Source: Bdellovibrio sp. (GTDB taxonomy: Bacteria > Bdellovibrionota > Bdellovibrionia > Bdellovibrionales > Bdellovibrionaceae). From it: a DNA stretch of 53,795 nt. Below the pieces are notes generated by a model. The model had not been told where the DNA came from, ran no database searches, and saw only the letters and a list, made by a program, of their open reading frames with translations. How positions within the stretch are numbered: position 1 is the stretch's first letter; every line of letters starts with the position of its first letter. This document shows positions 36,682 to 46,447 of this stretch, piece by piece. The position numbers were made by a program, and so were the translations under genes. Location: positions 1 through 53,795 of the forward strand of contig JAYVHE010000242.1 of NCBI GenBank assembly GCA_043771495.1, written 5' to 3'.

Positions 36682-38511
36682 TCAAGAGAAAATGAAATCT
36701 TTTGAAGTAGCAATTTCCTTATAGCCAAGTTGTTGATAAATTTTATTAGACATTGGATTTGCGGTATCCGTATAAAGAACGCAAAACGTTTTTCCAGCAT
36801 CAAGCATTTTTTGACTAGTGCATGCAACAAGCGCCGATGCATATCCGTTTTTTCGAAAGTCTTTAGGTGTGTAAACGCCGCTAACACTAATTCCATTTTT
36901 TGTTGGTCGTCCAACTAAGTTCATTGAATGAGGCTGGTTATTTTGATTTAGCCATAAATAGGCCTGCTGTTTTTTAATTTTTACCGCAGCAAGTTCAGTC
37001 ATTTCTTCAATAGTCGTTGTTTCATGTGGTTGTGACTCAGCGCTAAACTCATAAAGCCACTGACCAACAAGAGAAATATCGCTTTCTTGTGCGAGTTTTA
37101 ATTTTCCTAGAATATTTTTTGGCATCGTGACCTGTGTAAGTTGATAAATCTTTTGTCCCATTGCCAAAGTGCATTTTTTCTTTGTGATCTGTGACCACAT
37201 TCTAGAAAAAGCGTCTGCAGTTAAGGCGGGTCCCACAACACCCGGAACATTAAGGTCATTTTCTTTAAGAAAATCGACCAGAGGTTTTATGCAAGGCTCT
37301 TGTAAGGCAGTAACTACTAAACGTTTTTCACTAATTAAGGCGGCCCCGATGAGCTGACCAAATTGGTGTATAGAGACATATTTATAATCATCGGGCGTTA
37401 TTTTTGTTGATGCTCGCAATTCACTTAAGCCAAAGAGCAAACTATATTCAGCTTCTCTTTCTTTTAAAAGCGCAGACGTTTTATCTAAAAAAACGTTAGC
37501 ACCAGATTCAAATTTTATGTCTATAGAATTAATTTTAGGAATACCCAAATCATTACCGAAATGTTTTTGTTCAGGAGAATCATTCCAAAAGTATCCGTTC
37601 GCTATGCATTGCTCATTACGTGTTTGGTGTAGCGGGTAACATATTTTTTCATCGGGCCCTCCATCATTGGCTTGGCCGATCCCTAAAAATTCAATGTTTT
37701 CAGAGCTATCATTTATAAGAACGTGAGCGATTCCAGTTCCCGGTTTAAAAAACACACAATCACCAGGATTAAGATCATAAACAAAACCGTTTAACCAAAT
37801 TTTCGCAGTCCCTTTTAACAAAATTGCAGCTTCTTCTTCGAATTTGTGAGCATGTGGCCAAGAACTACGCCGTCCTGGCTTCATGATTTCGTGCCATACG
37901 CCTAAAGACTTTAAACCAACCTGATCAGTAAGCCGCACACCCTCGGTGAATTTTTCAGTGTCAGTTGGGTAGGAAAATCCAATTTTTCTTTCAAGAGATG
38001 AAACTTTTTTGATAAAAGGTAAACCGCTCCAGTCCTTTTGATGATTCAAATTACCGATTTTTCCGTCATGGGGGCCAAACTCTTGCTGGGGGTAATCAGC
38101 CCACCAAATAAAAGAGTGAGATTCCTTTAATTCAGGGTTTATTGGAAACGAGCACCTATTTTCTTTTTTTGTACGATCACCGAGAACAACTATTTCTACT
38201 GCTTCAGAAGTATTGTTAATAAAAGTGTGGGCAATGCCTGTTCCTGCTGGAAAGCCAACGCATAACCCTGGTTCAAGCTGATAAATATATCCATTAACCC
38301 AAACATGTGGATGACCCGAGACTACGAAAATAAATTCTTCTTCAAGACTTTCTGCGTGTGGATTGGAACTTTTTTGATTTGGCGATAGTTTAACCCAGTG
38401 AAGTCCAAGGTTACTTGTTTCTAAGGCTTTACCGTAATCAGCATCGTAGAGAATTTCGTCACCTTTTGCGATCTTGTTTTTGGATGCAATAAGTTTTTGA
38501 TATAATTCCAA
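36682..38511 (-). CDS. Cupin-cupin-GNAT fusion protein
   Basis: Two cupins (PHAESLEEE...GIAHTFIN; PHAHKFEEE...GIAHVLIN) then GNAT (VYTPKDFRKNGYAS, LYTDTANPMSNKIYQQLGY). Confidence 0.88.
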   Translation of the reverse strand: MELYQKLIASKNKIAKGDEILYDADYGKALETSNLGLHWVKLSPNQKSSNPHAESLEEEFIFVVSGHPHVWVNGYIYQLEPGLCVGFPAGTGIAHTFINNTSEAVEIVVLGDRTKKENRCSFPINPELKESHSFIWWADYPQQEFGPHDGKIGNLNHQKDWSGLPFIKKVSSLERKIGFSYPTDTEKFTEGVRLTDQVGLKSLGVWHEIMKPGRRSSWPHAHKFEEEAAILLKGTAKIWLNGFVYDLNPGDCVFFKPGTGIAHVLINDSSENIEFLGIGQANDGGPDEKICYPLHQTRNEQCIANGYFWNDSPEQKHFGNDLGIPKINSIDIKFESGANVFLDKTSALLKEREAEYSLLFGLSELRASTKITPDDYKYVSIHQFGQLIGAALISEKRLVVTALQEPCIKPLVDFLKENDLNVPGVVGPALTADAFSRMWSQITKKKCTLAMGQKIYQLTQVTMPKNILGKLKLAQESDISLVGQWLYEFSAESQPHETTTIEEMTELAAVKIKKQQAYLWLNQNNQPHSMNLVGRPTKNGISVSGVYTPKDFRKNGYASALVACTSQKMLDAGKTFCVLYTDTANPMSNKIYQQLGYKEIATSKDFIFS

Positions 38512-38571
38512 GCGAACCTCTGGGAATGACTATTATTTAACTCTAAATACAGGTCAACTGCATAAGCTATG

Positions 38572-39621
38572 TTACAATTTAGCCCAACGTAGTTTTGCTG
38601 ATTTAGATCTTGTATTGCCGATTTGTTCAACCGGGCTTGGTCTTATAAATTCTGCGGCTACTGAGGAATATATTTTTTGACGCTCGAAAGATTGGAAGGA
38701 TTTTTTTACTCGACGATCTTCACCGGAGTGAAAAGATAAAATGGCTACTCGACCGCCTGGATTTAGGAGTGTTGGAATGTCTTTTAGGAATTGATCCAAA
38801 ACCTTAAACTCTTGATTGACTTCGATTCTCAGTGCTTGGAATACTCTTCGAATCGAAATTTCCCCATGCTCTAGTTGAACTTTTTTTGAAAAGCCCGAAA
38901 TCACATCTCTTAGTACAGAGACTAATTCGTGTGTCGTTTTTGGCCTTTTAGAGTGTAAGGCTTTAGCAAATATTGCGGCTCTGCTTTCATCAGAATTTTC
39001 AAAAAGGATTTCTTCGATTTGTTGAGCTGAGCGCTCGGCAATAAGTCGTGCGGCCGAAATCCCGATTGATGGATTCATCCGCAGATCCAATGGGGCATCG
39101 AATTTCATTGAGAATCCTCTTTGAGGATCGTCGATTTGCATCGAGGATATTCCTAGATCCGCTAAGATCATGTCGACTTTATTGATGCCCTGTTGTTTTA
39201 AAAAACTTTTAGATTCACTGAAATTGATCGCACCAATGATTAAATTATCATTTGAAAAGCCTAATTCTGCTTTTAGTTTTCTGAGGCGGGTTTCTGTTTT
39301 AGGTCGTTCGATAGGGTCTTGATCAAGTCCGATTAACCGCCCATTCGGTTGAATCTTTGGTAATAGAAAAGACGAGTGCCCTCCGTAACCGAGAGTTGCG
39401 TCTAAAACGGTTTCCCCAGGTTTAGGATTAAGTATTTGTAAAATTTCTTCGACACAAATCGGGCGATGCGTGCCGACTGGAGTTGCTCCGCGCTGTTTAA
39501 CCTTTTCTAGATCTTCAGAGTATTTTTCAGGGTTAAGTTCTTTATACTTTTCATTAAATTTTGTGGGATTTTTCCCTTTGTAGCGAACCCGGCGTGGTGG
39601 TTTAACGTTTACATCACTCAT
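38572..39621 (-). CDS. rsmH: 16S rRNA m4C1402 methyltransferase RsmH-like
   Basis: DATLGYGGHS, DLGISSMQID, LDLRM, FQALRIEVN, SFHSGEDRRVK, RSKSAKLR. Confidence 0.9.
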   Translation of the reverse strand: MSDVNVKPPRRVRYKGKNPTKFNEKYKELNPEKYSEDLEKVKQRGATPVGTHRPICVEEILQILNPKPGETVLDATLGYGGHSSFLLPKIQPNGRLIGLDQDPIERPKTETRLRKLKAELGFSNDNLIIGAINFSESKSFLKQQGINKVDMILADLGISSMQIDDPQRGFSMKFDAPLDLRMNPSIGISAARLIAERSAQQIEEILFENSDESRAAIFAKALHSKRPKTTHELVSVLRDVISGFSKKVQLEHGEISIRRVFQALRIEVNQEFKVLDQFLKDIPTLLNPGGRVAILSFHSGEDRRVKKSFQSFERQKIYSSVAAEFIRPSPVEQIGNTRSKSAKLRWAKL

Positions 39622-39622
39622 T

Positions 39623-40351
39623 TTACCTTAATTCTTTCAAGGCTATTTTAATTTTGTTATCTAAATCATTTATCCACTTTGGTAGATTTTCTGAATTTGG
39701 CCTAGGGTTTTTTAGAAGATCCGTTGGTGCTAAAATTAGTTCCCAGTTTTGATAATTTGTTTTTGCTGCCAAGACAAACAACTCTTCGATCGCCTCATTG
39801 CCAATTGCAATACAGCCAATAGAAACATTGCTTCCGTGAATCATAATGTCGCTACCTACTTGAGTTCTTTGGTCCAATGCGGCCATTTCTTGATCAAAAG
39901 AATTCGGGTAATTTACTCTGAGCGAAAGATGAAATCTGCTGTTTGGGTTTAGTGATTCAACTCGGTAGATGCCTTCCGGAACTTGGCGATCGCCTTCACG
40001 CAATTTTGGGCCCGCAATTCCACTAGCTGCTTCAACCGGGTAGCTTTTTATAAGTGTGACTTTGTCTTGTGAATGACCGGCATAAAGCTTTAAAACGGTT
40101 TCATCCTTGAAGAAAACCAATTTTACTTTTGTAGGAGGATATGAAACCTTTTTTTCTGTAAAAATGGGAATTAATTGTGAATCAATTTTTTGTTCGTATA
40201 TATCAAGTCGACTCTTAACTGTGTGATTCGTAAAACGGGCTGTTAACCACGTGTAAAAATCGGGATCAACTGCGGCGGCAATAATTCCAATCACAATTAG
40301 TAAACCACCACTGTAAGCCATTATTCGAAGAAATTTTTTAACTAAAGCCAT
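39623..40351 (-). CDS. YkuD-domain L,D-transpeptidase family protein (YafK/DpaA-like)
   Basis: GPKLREGDRQVPEGIY, SRFHLSLRVNYPN, DIMIHG...SIGC; N-terminal TM. Confidence 0.88.
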   Translation of the reverse strand: MALVKKFLRIMAYSGGLLIVIGIIAAAVDPDFYTWLTARFTNHTVKSRLDIYEQKIDSQLIPIFTEKKVSYPPTKVKLVFFKDETVLKLYAGHSQDKVTLIKSYPVEAASGIAGPKLREGDRQVPEGIYRVESLNPNSRFHLSLRVNYPNSFDQEMAALDQRTQVGSDIMIHGSNVSIGCIAIGNEAIEELFVLAAKTNYQNWELILAPTDLLKNPRPNSENLPKWINDLDNKIKIALKELR

Positions 40352-40572
40352 ATTTTGAAGTCAGTATTGTCGGACTTTAAACAAACGTCAATGATTCGAG
40401 CCGTTTAGCCTGTGCTTCCATTTTTTTTTGGAAGCGTTTCTTTCGGTGAAATGTGTATTCGTCTTTTTGAAAACGATGCTTTACAGAATCTGATGAACAA
40501 TCTTCTATTAGGAAAGCTAAAATTTATTTAGAAAGATATTTGTTTAGATCAGCCACTGTATGGCGTATGTTT

Positions 40573-42357
40573 TTATTTTCGTAGATAAAGCTTTTCTTTA
40601 GACGCATGTTTTTTTAAAAAATCAAAAATTCCACTAAACTGGGCGGGTCCATCTTTGTACAGTGTGAGATGTAACGCCTTCGCTTGAAATAACATATTTG
40701 TTAAATTGTATAAATTTTCAAATTTGGCAGGTCCTGTAAATTTTATTATTTGAGCATTAGATTGGAACTTTGTTGTTTCGAAATTCCAATGATCAGTAAA
40801 TTTTGAGTCGACGCGTAAATATAGAAAAATGTCTTCAACGTCTTTTATACTATCTATGAAATGATTGATTTTTTCACCCCTAACGTAAAAAGACCAATAA
40901 TTTAAGTCCCAACATCCAAACTGATTAGTAAGGCAAAGGCCCAGAACAATATCGTTAGGTCCGATATTATTTTCAAGGTAATTGATCGTAGAATAAATTT
41001 TCTCTTGGCTTGCTTTTTCGATAGGATTTAAGGCAGGTAGACTTACAGCAACAAAAAATGCGGTTGCAGCAACTAAGATAGCGCCATCAGCAATAATCCG
41101 ATTCATTGATGATCTTATCGCAGAGGTTAAAGTCAGTCGAATCTCTTCGATTAAAAAAGTCTGAGCTAGTCCGAATGTTAATAATCCAAGTGCTAAATAT
41201 CTATAATTATAACTGTAAGTGACTAACGTTAAAAACAAGACCGTGGCTAAACTGAAGAATAAAGTTGTAGCTAATTGTAAGGTAAGTAGAGTTCCAACTC
41301 GAATAGTACTAAAATCTATTAACTTTCTGACAGGTTTAAATTTTCTAAATAATAAAATAACGATGCTAATGAATAGTGGGAAAACAATATAAAATTGTAC
41401 GATGGACGGATTTCTAGTCAAATATAATAGGACACTATTAAATGTTTTTGTGGTCGTGTGAGTTGTGTGAAGAAATGATTGTGCATACTCGAAAATCAAC
41501 AGCTGAAAAGGTAAAAATAGTAAAGTAGCCAACCCCATGCCAATTAAGGACTTCCATGCTCTTGTTTTATTTCGAATTAAGTGAAAAGCATTTATAAAGA
41601 AGAATATGGCAACAAAGACGGGGGCTTGAAATCCAATAGATGAAAGCAGCAAAAAAGTTTTGCCGGTGATCGCTTTCAAATTGTCCAAAGCAGGCTGTGT
41701 TAAATGGTCAATAAATATAAGCCCAGCGACCAGGGCTAAGCTTATGGGTCTAGCCCCGACTGAAAACGACAACACAATTGGGTTTGTACAAAATGCAATA
41801 GTATAAAACAACGAGGCGATCCATTGAACCCCGCGGCGACACAAAAAATAAAATAATAAAATAAAAAAGAAAGTACTTAGAACCATTGGATGAAGGCGAA
41901 TTAAAAATTGTGATTTTTTGAAAAATGTCCCATGAAAGGCAGAAAAAAAGTAATCTAATGGCGGTTGTTGCTGAATAATACCGGCTTTTATGGGACCAAA
42001 AATGAGTGATGTAAAATATTGACTTATTTCATCGGTATTAAAAACCGTAATTTTATAGGCCCAGAATTTTAATCCGATACTTAAAATCACAAGCATTAAA
42101 ATACAGTAAAGTTGATTTTTATTTTTGATTAGCGTTGGATCAACTCGATGAATTCCTAATATTCTTTCTAAAGAATCCTTAATTAAATATAAAAGTGCAA
42201 AAAAAATTAAAACAAAAAAATAAATTTGAAAGCTGTCGAGTTCATGGAATTCTGAAATCGATTGGTAGGAAGTAACTATTATGAATACATAGAGGTAAAA
42301 TAATAGGCAACAAAGTGACCATTGTAATGACCAAAAATCTTTTTTTTTACTATCCAT
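40573..42357 (-). CDS. Polytopic membrane protein, probable GT-C glycosyltransferase
   Basis: More than 10 TM helices; NTDE...QQQPPLDY, IRLHP, GARP resemble GT-C luminal-loop motifs. Confidence 0.65.
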   Translation of the reverse strand: MDSKKKDFWSLQWSLCCLLFYLYVFIIVTSYQSISEFHELDSFQIYFFVLIFFALLYLIKDSLERILGIHRVDPTLIKNKNQLYCILMLVILSIGLKFWAYKITVFNTDEISQYFTSLIFGPIKAGIIQQQPPLDYFFSAFHGTFFKKSQFLIRLHPMVLSTFFFILLFYFLCRRGVQWIASLFYTIAFCTNPIVLSFSVGARPISLALVAGLIFIDHLTQPALDNLKAITGKTFLLLSSIGFQAPVFVAIFFFINAFHLIRNKTRAWKSLIGMGLATLLFLPFQLLIFEYAQSFLHTTHTTTKTFNSVLLYLTRNPSIVQFYIVFPLFISIVILLFRKFKPVRKLIDFSTIRVGTLLTLQLATTLFFSLATVLFLTLVTYSYNYRYLALGLLTFGLAQTFLIEEIRLTLTSAIRSSMNRIIADGAILVAATAFFVAVSLPALNPIEKASQEKIYSTINYLENNIGPNDIVLGLCLTNQFGCWDLNYWSFYVRGEKINHFIDSIKDVEDIFLYLRVDSKFTDHWNFETTKFQSNAQIIKFTGPAKFENLYNLTNMLFQAKALHLTLYKDGPAQFSGIFDFLKKHASKEKLYLRK

Positions 42358-42495
42358 ACAATAATTTTGTCAGGCTTTTCTTAAATGAACAAAACAATTT
42401 GAACTAATGCTGAAATGCCTATATGCCAAGCCTGCCTAACCGGAAAATTAGCCCAGTTATGCGACTTGAATCAAGCAGTTTCTAAGTCTAATTAA

Positions 42496-42750
42496 TTATG
42501 CCGTTCGTCGACCTGAAACTAATTGTACTAGAGCTAATACGATGATTGCTCCAACTACAGCACCAATAAAACCAACCGGTTCGCCAACGCGGTAGATTCC
42601 GAAAACTTGGCCCAAGTAAGATCCGACAAATGCGCCGACGATACCTAGTACCGTTGTTAGGATAAAACCCATGCTTTGATCGCCAGATTTTAAAAAGCGA
42701 GCGACTAGTCCTACTACAAAACCGATAATAATTGTTACGATAATTCCCAT
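42496..42750 (-). CDS. GlsB/YeaQ/YmgE family membrane protein
   Basis: IIIGFVVGLVARF, LGIVGAFVG, IGAVVGAIIVL; GAGGAG SD. Confidence 0.92.
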   Translation of the reverse strand: MGIIVTIIIGFVVGLVARFLKSGDQSMGFILTTVLGIVGAFVGSYLGQVFGIYRVGEPVGFIGAVVGAIIVLALVQLVSGRRTA

Positions 42751-42855
42751 GGTGTTACTCCTCGTTAATACTATTTCGACTTTGCCATGAATAAAAATGT
42801 AATTCTAGCAAAGACTAAGATGTCGTTAAAACTTCACGTAAATTGGATCAACAAC

Positions 42856-44310
42856 CTAAAGAATAAAATCAAATGATGTTGCAAATGGTAAAGACAAAAC
42901 AGTTAAAACTTTCTGCCACCAAGTGGCATTGGCTAATAAAGCTGAGGCGTTTTTAATTTTTTTATCGGCTAAAAGTAATTTTGATTGAGTGATTCGATCA
43001 TTGATAGATTCAATTACTTGTTGGGCTAAATCCGAATTATCTTTGCAAACAATCATCATTTCAGAATTTAAATTAGCCGATCTTGGATCGATATTGTAGG
43101 TTCCAACAAGTGTCGTGTGACCATCGATGACTGCACGTTTTGAATGGATTCCCCATCGCGGACTTGTCGGTTGCCATTTGATCGGATCACTTGCTAAAGG
43201 TTCACCTGAATAGACATACATTTTTAAACCGATTTTGGCAATCCAGTCCATTTTCAACCAAAGTGGTGCCACAATATAAAATGCATCTGTCGAATAAAGA
43301 CCGTTGGTCAGAACATCGACTTGTAAACCGCCATCGACCATTTTTTTAAAAACGTCGTAACCATCCTGGCGCAAAACAAAATAGGGACTCTCGACTATAA
43401 CTTTAGATTTAGTGTGAGTGATTAAGTCTACGATTGTTTGATAAACTTTGCGATGAGCTTCGCCGACACCAGGAAAATCAGAAACAAATATCGTATTATT
43501 GCAAATATGGCTTTCCAGCTTGTTCTCAGGGGCGATTTTTTCAATTTTTTCCAACGTCGTGTGGTCGTCAGTGCTTAATTGAAAAAATGACTGTGCTTTT
43601 TCCATTTCATCTTTTGAAATGTGATCACTGACTTCTTTAGGTTCCTTAGCAAGATCAGAATTCCAGTATAAATCAAAACTGGATTGAACGGTTTTTCCGA
43701 GGGGGCCCTCTAATAAAATGTCAGTATCTAAAAAATTATAGCGCTCGGATAAATCGAAATATTCGTCTCCAATATTTCGGCCACCGGTTAATACCAAATT
43801 TGCGTCGACGATCAAAAGCTTGCGATGACTGCGATGTTGCATGCTCATCAAACTGTAAAATGCACTGGTGTTGTAATATTTAATTTGGATTCCAGCTTCT
43901 TCCATTAATTTAGCGTAGGAGGGCCGAAGTTCAAAAACTGCAAATGAGAAGTCGATAAGCAAGCGAATTTTTACGCCTTCTTTGGCTTTTTGAACTAATG
44001 CCTTTGTGATCAGACGACTTGCCCGATCTACATTAAAAATAAAAAACTCGAGTTCAATTGTTTTTTTGGCGTCCTTAATTAATTTAAGTCGTTGATGAAG
44101 CGACAAAAGACCACTGTCTATTAGTGTAATTTTATGGGCTTCTTTAGATTCGGCATAGACGGCCTCTTGTGCTTTTTTTGAAAAATTAACTTTTGAAGCC
44201 GAAAACTTGAAAGCAACTATGAAAAATAGATAAATCCCAACAATTAAAAATAAAAGACCAAGAAAAAACTTTTTAACCCATTTAAGAATTTCGATCTTTG
44301 ATTTAGCCAT
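42856..44310 (-). CDS. Phospholipase D family protein (ClsC-like)
   Basis: Two HKD motifs (HRKLLIVD...GGRNIG; HSKRAVID...GTYNIDPRS). Confidence 0.92.
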   Translation of the reverse strand: MAKSKIEILKWVKKFFLGLLFLIVGIYLFFIVAFKFSASKVNFSKKAQEAVYAESKEAHKITLIDSGLLSLHQRLKLIKDAKKTIELEFFIFNVDRASRLITKALVQKAKEGVKIRLLIDFSFAVFELRPSYAKLMEEAGIQIKYYNTSAFYSLMSMQHRSHRKLLIVDANLVLTGGRNIGDEYFDLSERYNFLDTDILLEGPLGKTVQSSFDLYWNSDLAKEPKEVSDHISKDEMEKAQSFFQLSTDDHTTLEKIEKIAPENKLESHICNNTIFVSDFPGVGEAHRKVYQTIVDLITHTKSKVIVESPYFVLRQDGYDVFKKMVDGGLQVDVLTNGLYSTDAFYIVAPLWLKMDWIAKIGLKMYVYSGEPLASDPIKWQPTSPRWGIHSKRAVIDGHTTLVGTYNIDPRSANLNSEMMIVCKDNSDLAQQVIESINDRITQSKLLLADKKIKNASALLANATWWQKVLTVLSLPFATSFDFIL

Positions 44311-44375
44311 TTGCTGGAGCCTACTAAACTCGGATTTCTTTAAGTAGTCAAATACGGAATTTCTAAAAGGTTAGA

Positions 44376-44567
44376 CTAGCCGTAGGCCTTATCGGCTTGA
44401 AAATTTTTAACCTTAGAATTCTCAGCGTTGTACGAGATCTGTATTGGATTACAACAGACCTCGCAGTCTTCAATATAGGACTGCGGATCTTCAACTGAAA
44501 CATCCAAAAGCATTGAAATTTTCTCAAAACAATAAGGACACTTAAAAAATTTTTCGATTTCGTCCAT
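44376..44567 (-). CDS. CPXCG-motif cysteine-rich protein
   Basis: CPYCFE...YIEDCEVCCNPI. Confidence 0.9.
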   Translation of the reverse strand: MDEIEKFFKCPYCFEKISMLLDVSVEDPQSYIEDCEVCCNPIQISYNAENSKVKNFQADKAYG

Positions 44568-44675
44568 AATTCATTTTACTCGCTATGGAACGTGGTAAGG
44601 CAAGCAGATTGACACGGGTAGAAATGAATATTTGTAAAAATTTACTATTCGATTTATTTGGCGTATATTGAGCCT

Positions 44676-45224
44676 ATGAAAACATTTTTAGTATTATTAG
44701 CCGCAGTGATACTTTCAACAAATGTGTATGGCGCAACAGAGGCCACTGGTTTTTATTCATTTTCAGTCAAAGATGCAAAAAATAACGATGTTAAGCTGAG
44801 TGACTACAAGGGTAAGGTCATACTTGTTGTTAATGTTGCTAGTAAGTGTGGGCACACATCGCAGTACGAAGGTCTTCAAAAAATATACACAGAAAATTCG
44901 GAAAAAGGATTTGTGATTTTAGGGTTTCCTTCAAATCAATTCATGGGACAAGAGCCTGGCAGTAACGAAGAAATTCAAAAATTTTGTAAGTTAAGTTATG
45001 GTGTAACTTTTCCGGTATTGGCCAAAATTGATGTTAACGGCGACGATGCAATTCCACTTTATAAATGGTTAACGTCCGACAAAAAACACTCAGGTCGTAT
45101 TACTTGGAATTTCAACAAATTTTTAATTGATCGAAATGGCAATATTGTAAATCGTTTTGGAACCAAAGAAAAACCAGACGAAATAAAAGCTGAGATTAAA
45201 AAAATCGTAGAAACAAAAATTTAA
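44676..45224 (+). CDS. Exported glutathione peroxidase family protein
   Basis: NVASKCG, LGFPSNQF, WNFNKFL; signal peptide from ATG 44676. Confidence 0.93.
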   Translation: MKTFLVLLAAVILSTNVYGATEATGFYSFSVKDAKNNDVKLSDYKGKVILVVNVASKCGHTSQYEGLQKIYTENSEKGFVILGFPSNQFMGQEPGSNEEIQKFCKLSYGVTFPVLAKIDVNGDDAIPLYKWLTSDKKHSGRITWNFNKFLIDRNGNIVNRFGTKEKPDEIKAEIKKIVETKI

Positions 45225-45231
45225 AATCGTA

Positions 45232-45257
45232 TAAGTCTAGGTCGACTGCTAGACTTA
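45232..45257. other. Hairpin downstream of the peroxidase gene
   Basis: TAAGTCTAG-N8-CTAGACTTA; no U-tract. Confidence 0.5.
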
Positions 45258-45318
45258 CATCTTGGCCTGACGAAATCTTGATTTGAAGATACTCTAAGTG
45301 CTTAATCATACTTAAAGC

Positions 45319-46029
45319 ATGACTAATAAATCACTTTTCTTAAGTATCATTTTGTTTTGTCTTAATTCGCAATCACTACCGGTAGAGCAAATTCAAGAAT
45401 TTGATTTACGCTACCAGTTGAAAAACACTCATGAAAAGCTTGTGGATAACTTAGGGAACAATTTCGAGAGTCTTTATGGAGTTAGAAACTTTCGAACAGT
45501 ACTTAGAGGCTTGGTTTATCGCGGCGGCGCAAACAATAGCTACAATAAATATGGAAAACGTCCAAATATGAATCCCCTTCCAAATCTGGGCATTAATAAT
45601 TTATGCAAAGAAGGCTTTCATAGTGCCATATACCTATATACAAAAAATTTTGATATCGCACCTAAGGTTACAAGTTGTAAAAACAATCTGGGGGCTGAAA
45701 ATGAACTCAATTATCAGCAAATCACCGCGTTTGATGAAACCAATACTGAAAAATATTTGAAAATTGTTTACGATATGATTCACGATAAAAAGGCCGGCCC
45801 ACTTTATATCCATTGTTGGAACGGCTGGCATGCTTCGGGCCTAATATCTGCGTTAATGCTCAGACAATTTTGTGATATGTCGGGTGAAGAGGCACAAAAT
45901 TATTGGATCGAAAACACCGACAATCATAGCGACGGCTACGACGACGTTAAGGACCGCATTAAGAATTTTAAACCCTTAGAAAAATTCAAAATATCTAAAG
46001 AAATTCAGCAGCAAATTTGTTATCAGTAA
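45319..46029 (+). CDS. Secreted PTP/DSP-fold protein with atypical P-loop
   Basis: RNFRTV...VYRGG and GPLYIHCWNGWHASG; signal peptide. Confidence 0.75.
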   Translation: MTNKSLFLSIILFCLNSQSLPVEQIQEFDLRYQLKNTHEKLVDNLGNNFESLYGVRNFRTVLRGLVYRGGANNSYNKYGKRPNMNPLPNLGINNLCKEGFHSAIYLYTKNFDIAPKVTSCKNNLGAENELNYQQITAFDETNTEKYLKIVYDMIHDKKAGPLYIHCWNGWHASGLISALMLRQFCDMSGEEAQNYWIENTDNHSDGYDDVKDRIKNFKPLEKFKISKEIQQQICYQ

Positions 46030-46099
46030 CTTTTTCCAGAAAATAGAAATTCGTTGAATTTGGCACTATTTTAGAGAATAACTAGGACAAATTTAAAGG

Positions 46100-46441
46100 A
46101 TGGTTATGAAGTTGATTTTATTATTATTGGCAGTTGTTTTCGTTGCAGTTTCTGGTTTTTCATCAAATGAGCCGACCTCTACAAACAGCACAACGAATAG
46201 TACAGCTAAAAACTACCAAACAATGGACTTAAAACAATTTGATGGCTTACAAGAACAATCAAAAGTTAAAGTAAATGTTTCTATGAAATGTAAATCTGAT
46301 AGCGGTTTAGAATACAAAGCTGGCGACATGGGTTACGAACAATGCGTAAAAAGCTCATCTAAAAATGGCAGTCAGAATGTTGATCAAAAATCTCAGAATA
46401 ACGGAACTGGTAATACCGGAACAATGGAAGTTACGTTTTAA
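46100..46441 (+). CDS. Small secreted hypothetical protein
   Basis: Signal peptide, Ser/Thr/Asn-rich, one Cys pair. Confidence 0.7.
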   Translation: MVMKLILLLLAVVFVAVSGFSSNEPTSTNSTTNSTAKNYQTMDLKQFDGLQEQSKVKVNVSMKCKSDSGLEYKAGDMGYEQCVKSSSKNGSQNVDQKSQNNGTGNTGTMEVTF

Positions 46442-46447
46442 TTGTTG

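Noticed and set aside
44676-45224. Selenocysteine-containing glutathione peroxidase
   Set aside because: Active-site codon is TGT (Cys) in NVASKCG; no in-frame TGA.
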